From Octopus sinensis (Eukaryota), in contig NC_042997.1 in assembly GCF_006345805.1 (NCBI RefSeq), forward strand, positions 128,526,001 to 128,590,000: DNA of 64,000 bases. Reading direction: 5' to 3'. The notes under the pieces are model-generated. The model saw nothing but the letters and a program-made list of their open reading frames with translations, did not search any database and had not been told where the DNA came from. A program made the position numbers and the translations under genes. This document shows positions 51,921 to 64,000 of the stretch, piece after piece; within the stretch, counting starts at the first letter, position 1, and each line of letters starts with the position of its first letter.

Positions 51921-53350
51921 ATCTAATGTGGAACTGGCAGCAGGCACTCAACAGCAAAATAAAATATTTTGCACTGAGTGATTGAAACTTACTTCATTGA
52001 TTCCAACACATTGCTGGTAGTTCTTTTATTAATTCCAGAGAGATAAAGAGTAAAGTTAGTCGTGGTGTAATTAAAATTCAGACAATGAAATATAAATAAT
52101 GCTCCAAGGCAGCACACTCCCATTCCCCCAACCCCATTCTGTCAAATACATGAAATTGTCTATTCTAAATGAAGTTATCTATTCTATTCTATATTAAATT
52201 ATTTTATAACTCATAGTTGTGTACCAAGGACAGTTTGCTCAGGGCCAAAAAATATTTTCACTTTGACCAATTATTGACCTGCATAGTTCATGTGCAACAT
52301 ATTAAAAACTAGTTATATATCTGGAACAGTACTGCAACACACATACACACACACAAGCATTCTAAACAACTTTCAAAGAAGACCATTCATGTGACTTACC
52401 TATCAGCATTTTATAACCACTAGTTCTTAGGCGTGCTGTTTCTTCTCTTGATCTCCTGTATTGCTAGGTCCTTTGCTCAACACATTATTCATATTGAACA
52501 TCATCCTACCAAACCTCACTTTAAACACTGTCCAGTCCTTTCTTCTCGTGGCTACACCTATCTGGAATTCCGTCTTTGTTCTATCACCAAAAGACAACTT
52601 TAGAAGTTCAATCTGAACATCAATAGGATCAACCTTACCAAAGTGGAATTTCTTGGGAAGACCACAAGTATCGGCATTTCTCTTCTAATTTTACTCTACA
52701 TAGGTTATGACAGTTTTAGGAACAATTACAGCATATTTTATTGGGCCACCTGATTTCTTTGGTTGTAAATTTTAAAAAAACTTATTTATGCCTTTGTTAA
52801 ATTAGTCAGATTAGTAGCCATGACTGAGAGCCTCCAGAATAGATAGAAAATAGGAGAAAGTTATTTTCAAACTGGGGAGTGTTAGAGCAGTTATAAGTCT
52901 GTTGGTTTTGTTAAATTAAATCAACCAACTAAATTTCATTCACAAGGTTATGCCCAAAGCGCTATGCAGTACGACTGAACTCCAAATCACATAGTTGTAA
53001 CCAAAATTTCTAAATTATACAGTTTTTTCTGCTTCCATAGATTGACAATGTCTTTATGACTCCAGTCACTATACTTATGGACACATGCAGGTTTTATGAT
53101 AGCAAGTCATTACCATAATCGAAATGTGGTCAGGAGTTCAACCCATGCTACAGTCTTTGAATTGTATGTTCCCCATGACAGATACCACATTCTATAACAG
53201 TATGCAAATGTCTTTCTTATGTTTCCACCAATGATAACAGGGAAACTTCTTCAGCTGACTAAACTTGAGTTGAAGCTGAACAATACCATAGAGAAGTAGA
53301 TGTAAATTAATTTAAATATTTATTTCTTATAATATTCACACACACCATGT

Positions 53351-53429
<79 letters not shown>

Positions 53430-53799
53430 TACATACATAAATTACTTTAGATATATAGATTCACACAGATACATATGAATGTAAGTAATTATGTCTGCTT
53501 GTATAAAAGTTGTGTATCATACTTCACAAATGTTTTCCAAACAACAAATTAAAACTGTTCTTAAAATGGAATAAAATGTTTGTTTGGTTCACTTCCATTA
53601 TCTATTGTATATTTGTGGGTTACTTTATTCACAGTGTCTTTGGATTCCTAATACAGCAATGTAAATAAGCAGCAAGCTTGTAGATAGGCATCTAACATTG
53701 AATGTTTAATGCCTCTATCTTAGATGTCTTTTCATAGATAAGCTGGCATTTATCTAATTCTTCCACTATGTGTGACCAATTTCAGTAGCAGGTGAATTA

Positions 53800-54540
53800 G
53801 TAATTTTGGCCCACCTGTTTCTGTTGTATGGTTGCCAAAATCAGAAACTTCATTGTATTCATCAACATTTTTGCTGCTACACTCAGGTTATCTGCATTTT
53901 TAGAGTCAGGTTGTGATTTTCATATAACCTATGTAATGAAGCAACAACATTGTCACTTTGAATGGCATGCCCTGGATTTGTGTAAGCTCAGACCAGCCCT
54001 GTTCTCAAACTTAGTACTAATTCAGCACCAGTTGAGCTTTCAATTCAGCATTTAACATCATTTATCTGAAGTGTTGGTAGCAAGTTAATTCTATAAAACA
54101 GATCACCTATCTCTAAAGAGAGACCAATTATATGTTGCTCAACCAAATGTGCCTGTAATTCTCAGTTCTTTACCAGTTTTAGAATGCAATCATGACTCCA
54201 GACATTGTTTTCTGTTGTTACAGAAAATTATTTATGTTATGACCACATCATTTTTGAAAGAACTTTGTAAAGAGGTTTACTCAAAATGTTTATCAAAAGT
54301 TTATAATCTGTCACAGCTAGTTGTGAAAGTGTTCAGCAGCAGAAACTATCATTCTTACTTCCTTTTCAATTTGAGTCCTTTTCCATTCAACGATATTGAT
54401 GCATATGCAACTGGTGATCTACTTGCCATAAAACAATGTCAAATGTGGTTTTGCTGGCATCTATTGATATTAATACACTCTTTGTTATGTCAAAGTACTC
54501 CAGTACTGCTGAGATACTAACTGCCAGTCTGATACTGTTA
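53800..54540 (-). mobile_element. Ty3/Gypsy pol remnant (RNase H and adjacent region)
   Basis: VLEYFDITKSVLISIDAS...PVAYAS...EKEVRMIVSAAEHFH...TDYKLLINILSKPL matches the Gypsy RNase H motif series. Confidence 0.75.
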
Positions 54541-55072
54541 AATACATTGGTCTGTAAGCTTTCTCAGAGGCTCTCCCACCTTTGACAGACGAAGAATAAA
54601 CTTGGTCAATTATGTTAGCATGACTGCAATCAGTTGGTAGTTGTAAAGTAGAGAGAGCAAAAATTTTATGTGGATCCGTTTTTATTCCTCTGTTTAGTAG
54701 ATGTTCAAAATATTTTGCCTGGTCAGTTATATAACTGAGTTTTCTTTGAATTCAGTTTTAGACTTCTGTTTCTACATCATTTAAAAACAGCTTGTAGGTA
54801 TTCCCATTGATCATTCTACATGATCACCACTTCACTTTTTACATATCTGCCACCTTTGTTTTTAATTATTTACTACCATGTCTCTCTCTCTCTCTCTCTC
54901 TCTCAACATGCGTGTGCACATATATACAGAGCATCACCAAATTGTTTTGAAGTTCATTTTGCATAAATGAAATTTTTACCGGGTTCAATTCCACTAAAAG
55001 TTATTTTGGCTAATTTTATCCTTTGCCACAGCTGCAGGTCACTCAATGCATATGAAATATATGTATATTTAC

Positions 55073-55304
<232 letters not shown>

Positions 55305-56879
55305 TACACACACTCACACACGTACACGTATGCACACTCCTATATATGAATGGCCATTAGAGGAATAATAAATCTTGTATAGTTTCTGAATGTTCACATC
55401 TCAACTGCAAAATCAATTGGGAAAAATATTGAGCCGAACTAAACATTAAGAGAGACTAGAATATACCATTTATACTACAGCAAAGAGGAAGAGTGTAGAA
55501 AGGTAGGAAGGGGAGATAAATTGGGATATCTTGATCCACATAAAAGAGATAAAGAGAGATAAAACAATGTATTATCATCTATAGAGTAGAATATGGTATT
55601 TGAGGATTGGAGAAAATATTCAGTGTGTTGCTTCCATAGATTTCCACCTTATTGATATCTCATTTATTGGCTGTATGTCTATTTGTGTGTGTTGTGTGTG
55701 TAGTGGTACTTACATGTGTCTGGTGGTATATGTAATAGTGTGAATAGTGTGCTGAAAGGTGTATGATAATGATGTGTTTGATTGTGTGGGAGGACGGACT
55801 ATGTCAGATAGTTTGTGTGTGTGTGTGTGTGTTAGTCATCATGTAATAAGCATGTGCTTGTCTATGTATGTGTATTATGATAGTGTCATGGTATGTATAT
55901 GCATGATAAGTAATTTTGTGTGTGTGATATATGTCTGTGCATGTGTGTGTGTGTGTGTGTATATTCATACTTTCTTATCCATTTCTGTATGTGTGTATGT
56001 ATTTATATATATATATATATATATATACTCACACACATGTGTGTATTTTCCAGTATGGAAAATGAATGTTAAATCATGGCGTTAAAAATAAATATTTATT
56101 CATACTTTCTTATTCATTCTTTTATGAAGCCATCAGCATCATCTTCATTATCTTCATCATCATCATTATTACCATCCCATCATCCCTATTGGATGGGTCT
56201 CTAGACATTATCAGACCATTGTCCACATTGAAAGTCTTCTGAATGTTTGATGATGTAAGGGTCATAGGCTATTTAGTATATCAATTGTAAGTCAGCCTAC
56301 CATCACTTATCACTGAGATATTGTATTTTAATTCCTTATTCTCATCACATTCCTCCATCCATATGGCAGGTGTCTTTCAAAGGAGCCTCTATATAATCAA
56401 TCAACCTACTAGAAATAGCACTTAAATCCCTATCAAATCATTTCCTATTGTCTTAGAAAATGGAAAGGATTTGCTGGGTAAACTAGTCCTACATGCACCT
56501 ATGAAGACTTGGTTGGTCAAGTCTAGAATGAATGATCACAACAACACCATCTGACATCACATGTTATTTTGGTCATTTTCTTTGCTTTGTGTTTTTTAAT
56601 ACATTTCTAAAACAATATTGCTCTCTCCCCATACTACCTATAACCAATTTATGTATATGCACACACACATTCTATCACATATATAGTGTGCATCAGTTTT
56701 ATTTAGGACAACTCTTTCAAGAGCTCTTTCTTCCAACTCATTTTCTTTTTTCACCTTACTTTTCAGATAAATAATGTCAAACATCTGGTTCATTCAGCAA
56801 ATGACAAGGTACACTGTAATCATTGCCTTAAAAGTGCAGCATAGTGATTCAGAGATAGCTTGCTTTCTGAAAGTTATCT

Positions 56880-57814
56880 GACCTTTTGTTGTCAAAGTTC
56901 AAAAGGAGCTGGAAGCTGCTGATGGGGATCCAACATCAGCAGCTTAACACAAAATGCAAAACACATCCACAGGATCCTAATGCCATTAGAACACATAACT
57001 TTGTACAAGAAAAAAAATTCAAGAAATAATTTATAAAAACTCCAAAATGTCCATTAGAGCTATTTTAAGGGACCTCAAGGTTTCAGAACGCACCATTAGA
57101 AGGGTTGTGCATAAAGACATCCAGTACAAGCTGTATGTGAAGCACAAGGACCAGTTTATGTTGGATGTGGTAAGAAAGAGTTGGTGAGACATGCAAAACA
57201 CTTGCTAAACAAGTTGAAATATCAAGGGGCTGCAATATTTCAGTTTTTATCCAAGAGATAAAACTTCAGTTAGGACCAAAAGGTAAACCAGAAGAACTGT
57301 TTTTCACAGGGCTTAAAAAACTATGCTATTCTGCACAGAGGTGTTGAAGAGAGTTGTGAGGCCCTGAATAGACAGAGTTTGCAATAGAAGACAGTATGTC
57401 TTCCAATAAGACTTTGTGCCTTTTCATAAAGCTAAGACAACTCAAGCATGGACGTGTGCCTATCTCTTCCCAGAAACATGGCATCCAATTTCACCAGACC
57501 TCAATCCACTGAACCATTACATATGGGGTGTAGTCAGAAGAGGTCAATCAACACGCCCATTACACTATACAATCTCTCAAGTCTGCCTTAACCAGCACTA
57601 TGTCCAAAATGGCTAAGATCATCTGATTCAGGCATGTTGATGTTTTAGAACCTGAACTGAAGCAACCATTGATGTTAATGGTGGATTCATTGAAAAGGTG
57701 TGATAAAAGGCTTTTCAAGATTATTTGCACCAGTTTGTTTTCAAATTTCTTTAAAAAGTTGTGTTTTTTTTTCTAAATTCATAGAACTGACCTCAAAAAC
57801 ACTGACATACCCTG
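56880..57814 (+). mobile_element. Tc1/mariner transposon related to the DD37D-type family (decayed)
   Basis: VQKELEAADGD, RVVHKDIQYK, QDFVPFHKAKTTQAW, SPDLNPLNHYIWGVV motifs; ends ...accctg|TA at 57814. Confidence 0.75.
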
Positions 57815-58032
57815 TATAACTATGAGCATGCATGTATACATGTGTGAAATTTTCAGACATACTCTGCATAGCACAATGTAACAACTCTTCACCTTTAAAT
57901 TGTACATGCAATTCATTAGACAGGACACAACATGGGCAAATGGTCCAGAATTCATTTGCAGTCACATGGTCTCTGCTTTTAACCCATTATATGGTGTCTT
58001 GGGTGAACATGATCCTTGCAAGTGAAATTGGG

Positions 58033-58232
58033 TTATGTTGGATGTGGTAAGAAAGAGTTGGTGAGACATGCAAAACACTTGCTAAACAAGTTGAAATATC
58101 AAGGGGCTGCAATATTTCAGTTTTTATCCAAGATTTAAAACTTCAGTTAGGACCAAAAGGTAAACCAGAAGAACTGTTTTTCACAGGGCTTAAAAAACTA
58201 TGCTATTCTGCACAGAGGTGTTGAAGAGAGTT
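58033..58232 (+). repeat. 200-bp near-identical duplicate of 57156-57355
   Basis: By eye the only difference is caagagataaaa versus caagatttaaaa (2 substitutions). Confidence 0.95.
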
Positions 58233-58599
58233 TCAAATGTTTCTAAGCCTTTCAAATGGGTTGTAGCAGCTATTTAATGGTGAAGACTTGTTATGTTATA
58301 CTGATACTGCCTGAAATTTACACCTTAAAGGTACATCACTGGAATACTCAACAACTTCCACTTTAATTCAAAGAGTAGATAGTTCAGTTACTTAAACAAC
58401 TGAGCATTCATTAGTGAAACTAACAGATGTCCATTTCATATACATATATTAAAACAATGATGACGAGACACACAAATATACATGTCTGTGTATATGTGTA
58501 TATACATATTTATGTGTGTGTATCAATATATATTTTTTTATCAGTGAACGAGAGGGAAATAACAGAGCACATGATATATACAGATTCTCTCTAACTGCT

Positions 58600-59300
58600 G
58601 ATATTGATTTAATTGGGATTCAATTTAAACATCAATAGTTTGTCTTCAGGAGAATCATGGTCAAGGATTGATTTCTAGAAGATACACATTATAGGAAGAA
58701 AAGATTGAAGGTGTTTTTTTTTTTATCTGTACTATTAGTATAAAGTATTCTATGATACAGAATCAAACAATGGATAAACAAAATTCTGATTTATTTCCAA
58801 GAAGTGGTTTAAGATATCTGTGGTTGTGCCATCTTTAAATGATTTTGACGCATCTCTGTTAATTCTGAGTCTAATTCCAACAGCAGTAGATTCTATTGGT
58901 GTTATGTTCTTAAAATTACACTTAGATGTACACTTAAAGAAGTAAGATATATGAGACAAGTAATAATCTCTAGCTCCATGTATGGATAAAGTATTATCCA
59001 ACTAGAAACATGATTTATCTATAGTTACTCCTCTCCCTTTCATGCATTGATCAAAAATCTCAATGAAATTACATAAAAGAGTTATTTCTTTAAAATAGGA
59101 GTTTCACTTTATTACAGATAATTTTGTAGCTTTTATTATTACATCAGCATTATTGGTAGCAAATGATAAAATATTAAAGAATCTGGCACCAACATTCTGG
59201 AAACACCTCTAACTAGTATTGCTTGATGCTAGTCATAAATTAACCTTTCTTTGACAGTTTCTTAACCAATATTCTGATTCAATTTCTTAGTTCTTCATAC
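58600..59300 (-). mobile_element. Possible CR1/L2 ORF2 linker remnant
   Basis: ORF 58750..59001 (FKNITPIES...DGTTTDILNHFLEINQNFVYPLFD) resembles the endonuclease-to-RT linker. Confidence 0.4.
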
Positions 59301-59784
59301 CTTTTGATGAAGACCATTCTGTGTCTTGTTGCTTATGTGCTCGAATGTGCACAAACAGACACACACACACACTTGTGTATGCATGCATAAATACATGTCT
59401 AATACACCACATACACAGATGTAGAAAACTTATATACTCACATATACACATTCCTGCATTTACACACACATGCATTTGTACTTGCACAAATATACTTATA
59501 TTCACACATGCTCAAACATACACAGTTACACTTGCATACACACATATATACTTATGCAAATAAGTGCATAAACTCAAAGAGATACATGCTAGGTTTTCAG
59601 ATTTACAATAAATATATTTTTGATATATATTAAACATGAATGACATAATTTGATTGAACAATATTTGAAACCTACTTTCTTATATACATACATATGTGTG
59701 TGCGTGCATGTGTGTATGTATATATGTGTGTATATATACATAATACTTATGTATATATGTGTATATATACATATGTGTGTATAA

Positions 59785-59815
<31 letters not shown>

Positions 59816-59829
59816 CATACATACATAGT

Positions 59830-60150
59830 GGTTTTTCACTCACGATCAAGTATGACCTCTTTTGCACTCTCTTCCTCTTTCGTCTTAAGATGTAGTGCCT
59901 TTCTATTATGGATTCCTATGATTACAGAGATCTACACAAACAGTATAACAAGTCTAAGACTCCAATTTCCAGGCAGCAATAGCACTTCATCGAAAAATGC
60001 AGCTGCATGGACAACTTAAGAATCTTAACTGCTCCTACATATGCTGCATCTTCTGTGTGTTCTCCCAAGTGAAGAACCCATCAACATGGTGGTATTTCAT
60101 TGCTGCAGACATGCATGGTACACCAATTGCTGCAACAATACTACATATGA
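59830..60150 (-). mobile_element. Penelope-like RT remnant
   Basis: HVDGFFTWENTQKM...VLDL...IHNRKAL...KEVILDRE resembles RYVDD.F.W...FLD...RA...EL. Confidence 0.45.
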
Positions 60151-60551
60151 TTCTAAGAAGTTCAATTCATGACTTTCACAGGAAAGAGAAAAAGGAAATG
60201 TGACACAAAAACAAGAACCCCCACTGTGAGTTTCCAACAGCTCCCCATTCAGCTGGCATGTCTACAAGTTGTTTGATTAATCACAAGATGCACCATTACA
60301 TTTCTAGAGTGAAAATTTGATGCCTCTGTTGAATGGGCATATTTATATTTATTCCAGGTCAGACTGATGCTTTTGTGAATTCTAATCAAGCAATAAAATC
60401 ACTCACAATTATGCAATAAAATGTAAACTAGCAAAAATGTTTCATGCTGGCAGTCAGCCACTTCTATTCTCATACTGTGTCCTTTTCTCTTTCTCTTAAC
60501 TTTGTCAGTTTGTGGCATATCACATAGAACTACATTGAAGTAATGTATATA

Positions 60552-60610
<59 letters not shown>

Positions 60611-61978
60611 CTAGTAGAATAATAAAAAAAAGGTTCTTGATACAGTATAATATGTGTGTGTGTGTTGGTCTGTATGTGTATATATATATATATATATATC
60701 CCTTTTGGGTCATATATATACAAATGTATGTATGCACAACATATGCATATATGTGGTGTGAGTGCATGTGTATTTTATATTTTAGTCTAAAATAAATTGA
60801 AAATTATTATTAGAACTTACTTCACTTGAAACCCTAGGTGTTAAATAAATTTCTATTGTAATATCATTTTCTCAGCAGATAGACATAGGCCATAGAAAAT
60901 CAATTTTTCAGTCAAAATATCATTGACAGACAATTCCTTGATCTTTTCCTCTCTCTATATATATGTATTTCCTTTTCCTCCATTTTTTTTCTTTTATTCA
61001 TTTTGTCATATTTAGCAATCCATTAATTAATTTTTTATTTAAATTCAAATATTTTATTATCCATTTATTTTATAGTTTTCTATAAAATGGAAAAAAATCT
61101 TGGGTTAGCTTTCTAACAATATATATTCTATTGATTCTTTCCTGTTTCAAAAGCCATACTGCAAAGCTAACTCTACCAACAATATTTCAAACAACCAGAA
61201 TTGTAGTCTTCTAAATTTTATTACTATTGATGCTACTATGCTTATTGTTAGCAAACTCAACCAAACAGTAATAAAATCAGTAGAAATTACACTACAACTA
61301 TAATAAATACTAGCCAAGATAATTTTCTCTAGTTTTCAGTGATATTCTCTCGCAATGGCCGACTTTAAATGATCCACTTGTGTTTATTGATTAAATGTTC
61401 AATGGCAATAATATTTCTTCAGTGTGTCCAACTCAAGCATGCAACACACATACATGCACAGACATACATTCATAAATATATAGATATATTTATATGGATA
61501 TTATAGATATATATATCATTTTTAGATCCATTTTCCTTTCCTTCTATGAGTTTGACAAAACTTGTTGAAGCAGATTTTCTCCAAGCAGATGCTTAACCAC
61601 TCACCATCCACTGTTTTTACTTGGTGGAACTATAACAATTTTGCTTCTCAGAGAATGGAAATAAAGACAGTATTTTACTGAGGAAGTGTATGTAAGAACA
61701 CATGGAAACAACATTCACACACATGCCTACATATGTATATACATACATACATTCATATATTAATACACAGACAACAAACTTCTCAGTTTTCTTCTACTAA
61801 ATTCATTCACTGAATATTGGTCTCGATGCATGATACCTTAGGAAAGTGTCTTCTGATATAGCCTCCAGTTGACCAAACACAGACCCACGTAATTGTGATG
61901 TGAACATTGTAATAACATAGCTATACTTGTATCTTAACCTATTTATTTACTTCATATATATATATATATATATATATA

Positions 61979-62141
61979 GGCGCAAGAGTGGCTGTGTGGT
62001 AAGTAGCTTGCTCACCGACCACATGGTTCTGGGTTCAGTCCCACTGCGTGGCATCTTGGGTAAGTGTCTTCTGCTATAGCCTCGGGCCGACCAAAGCCTT
62101 GTGAGTGGATTTGGTAGACGGAAACTGAAAGAAGCCTGTTG

Positions 62142-62180
<39 letters not shown>

Positions 62181-62386
62181 ATGTTTGTGTGTCTGTGTTC
62201 GTCCCTCTAGCATTGCTTGACAACCGATGCTGGTGTGTTTACGTCTCCGTCACTTAGCGCTTCGGCAAAAAGAGACCGATAAAATAAGTACTGGGCTTAC
62301 AAAGAATAAGTCCGGAGGTCGATTTGCTCGACTACAGGCGGTGCTCCAGCATGGCCGCAGTCAAATGACTGAAACAAGTAACAGAG
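61979..62386 (+). mobile_element. tRNA-derived SINE S1, near full length, with internal (TA)/(TG) tract
   Basis: Head ggcgcaagagtggctgtgtggtaag...gggttcagtccc. Inserted in a (TA)n tract. Confidence 0.9.
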
Positions 62387-62423
62387 TATATATATATATG
62401 TATGTATATGTATAGCTATCATT

Positions 62424-62468
<45 letters not shown>

Positions 62469-62479
62469 GTAATCATCAT

Positions 62480-63390
62480 AATCATCATTTAATGTTCATG
62501 CTGGTATGAACTCAATGGTTTGATAGGCTCCAATGGGTCAAAGGGCTGCACTGTGCTTCAATGATTGATTTTGAAGTGTTTACAGCTGGGTGCTCTTCCT
62601 AACACCACCACTTCACAAAATATACTGGGTGCTGTTTTGTGCCGCTAGCATTATTGAGGTTGCCATGCAGGTCACAAGACTGTAAACTGCAAAAGAGATG
62701 GGTGGTGGTTTTATGCTATGAGAAGAGGGGTTTACAATATGAAAGAAGTGGGTAGCAAAACAGGTTCTTGTAGAAGGCTTGCATGGTTATTCATATTAAG
62801 TTGGGGAAGGAGAGAATGATCAGTAGGAGCTGTTAAGAGAGACAGGGGATGAGGTGTCCAGGTGACTCCACAAGGCAGGAAGTATATAAAAGTGGGTGGG
62901 TGGGGCTGTTGCAAGATTGTAAGTGGAGCAGATGATGAGGGGATGAGGAGGCAGCCTGCAACTGTAAAAGAAGTTGAGTAATGACAGAGGAGTCATGGAT
63001 TGGGAAGAATAGGGATGCAGAAGAGAGAAGATGGAGGGAAGAATGGGAGGGTAGTAATTATACAGTTGGCAGTGGGAGAAGGACAAGGGAGAGAGATTAC
63101 AAGGAGCAGGGAAAGGGAGAGAGAAGCATAGTGCATAATGAAATATAGTTTGATACATTGGAGTGGGGTGAATCAATGTAACATGTGGGTGAAGAGGATA
63201 CAGCACACAGTGCTTCCAGAACACAGTTTTTGCTGAGGCAGGCAGGTCTTCTCAAGAACCTCATATTGCTATATATACTGGTCTATTGTCATCTCCACTG
63301 TGAGGCTCAACATCTTGAACTCATTTCTCATTACTTCATCCTACATCTTCCTAGGTCTCCCAGTTCTGCAGATTCCATCCATTTTAAGTG
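62480..63390 (-). mobile_element. RTE LINE 3' end with long CT-rich 3' region and S5 tail
   Basis: 63200-63390 reads GRPRKM*DEVMRNEFKMLSLTVEM. Followed on the minus strand by a pyrimidine-rich stretch and an S5 core, the same layout as 3800-4940. Confidence 0.75.
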
Positions 63391-64000
63391 ATTGACATAT
63401 GACATATTATACATAATATGAGTATATATGTGTGTGAAGTTGTTAGTTGCTTCAGTGTTTTTCATCTTTTCATACAGAATCACTATAACGAATTCTTAAA
63501 CTTATATATGAAATATAATAGGAAGATATAAAAATGATATATAAATTCAAACACTGTTTTTATTTTGTATGAAATATGAGCCTGGGTCCATGACATCATG
63601 AACGATAAAAGCAAAAAAAAAAACTAAATTAATCAAAACAAATTAAAATAAAGTAACAAAAATAATAAAAGCCATAATGAAAAGTAATACAAAGATTGTT
63701 TTAAAAGTACTGGTATTGAAAAGCACTGTCTGTGATAATTAACAATGTCTTAGCAACACCAAATGATGCAGTCTAGTACTGGTATAAATTGGGAATTGAT
63801 GTCTCTGGTGTGATGACAGAGCATATGAAAATGGGCGTATGTATTTGTCTATGAGTCTATGTGTGTATTTATTGATTGTCTTTGCTTATTGCTCCCTGCT
63901 CTCTTTTTCTGTTTATCTCTCTTTTTGACACACACATACACCCTCATTCTACTTATTCTTTGTCAGTAATCATGAGTGCTAAGATTGACTTGTTTTTAAT

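Noticed and set aside
52428-52685. About 85 stop-free minus-strand codons (TCGLPKKFHFGKVDP...)
   Set aside because: No start or splice context; loosely resembles a LINE C-terminal region.

Overview
AT-rich eukaryotic (metazoan) genomic DNA, densely packed with microsatellites and decayed transposable elements. The recurring tRNA-headed SINEs and RTE 3' tails resemble those of Octopus/coleoid cephalopods; this is an inference, not a database result. I found no confidently identifiable protein-coding gene, RNA gene, CRISPR array or prokaryotic feature. Almost all ORFs in the supplied track are microsatellite translations or pieces of dead transposases and reverse transcriptases. The clearest elements are: a full-length mellifera-like mariner (34641-36244) interrupted by a SINE with a 12-bp TSD; Tc1/mariner DD37D-type copies (9.1, 20.5-21.4 and about 57 kb); a TTAA-flanked piggyBac-type MITE; a Helitron-like element; Tigger and hAT remnants; RTE, CR1/L2, CRE-like, R4-like, Penelope-like and Gypsy remnants; several SINE families; and minisatellites. 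A few splice-signal-flanked, phase-compatible exon candidates exist on both strands. Most overlap TE remnants, so they are low confidence. Family assignments come from my own translation and recalled motif similarity, and many boundaries are approximate.
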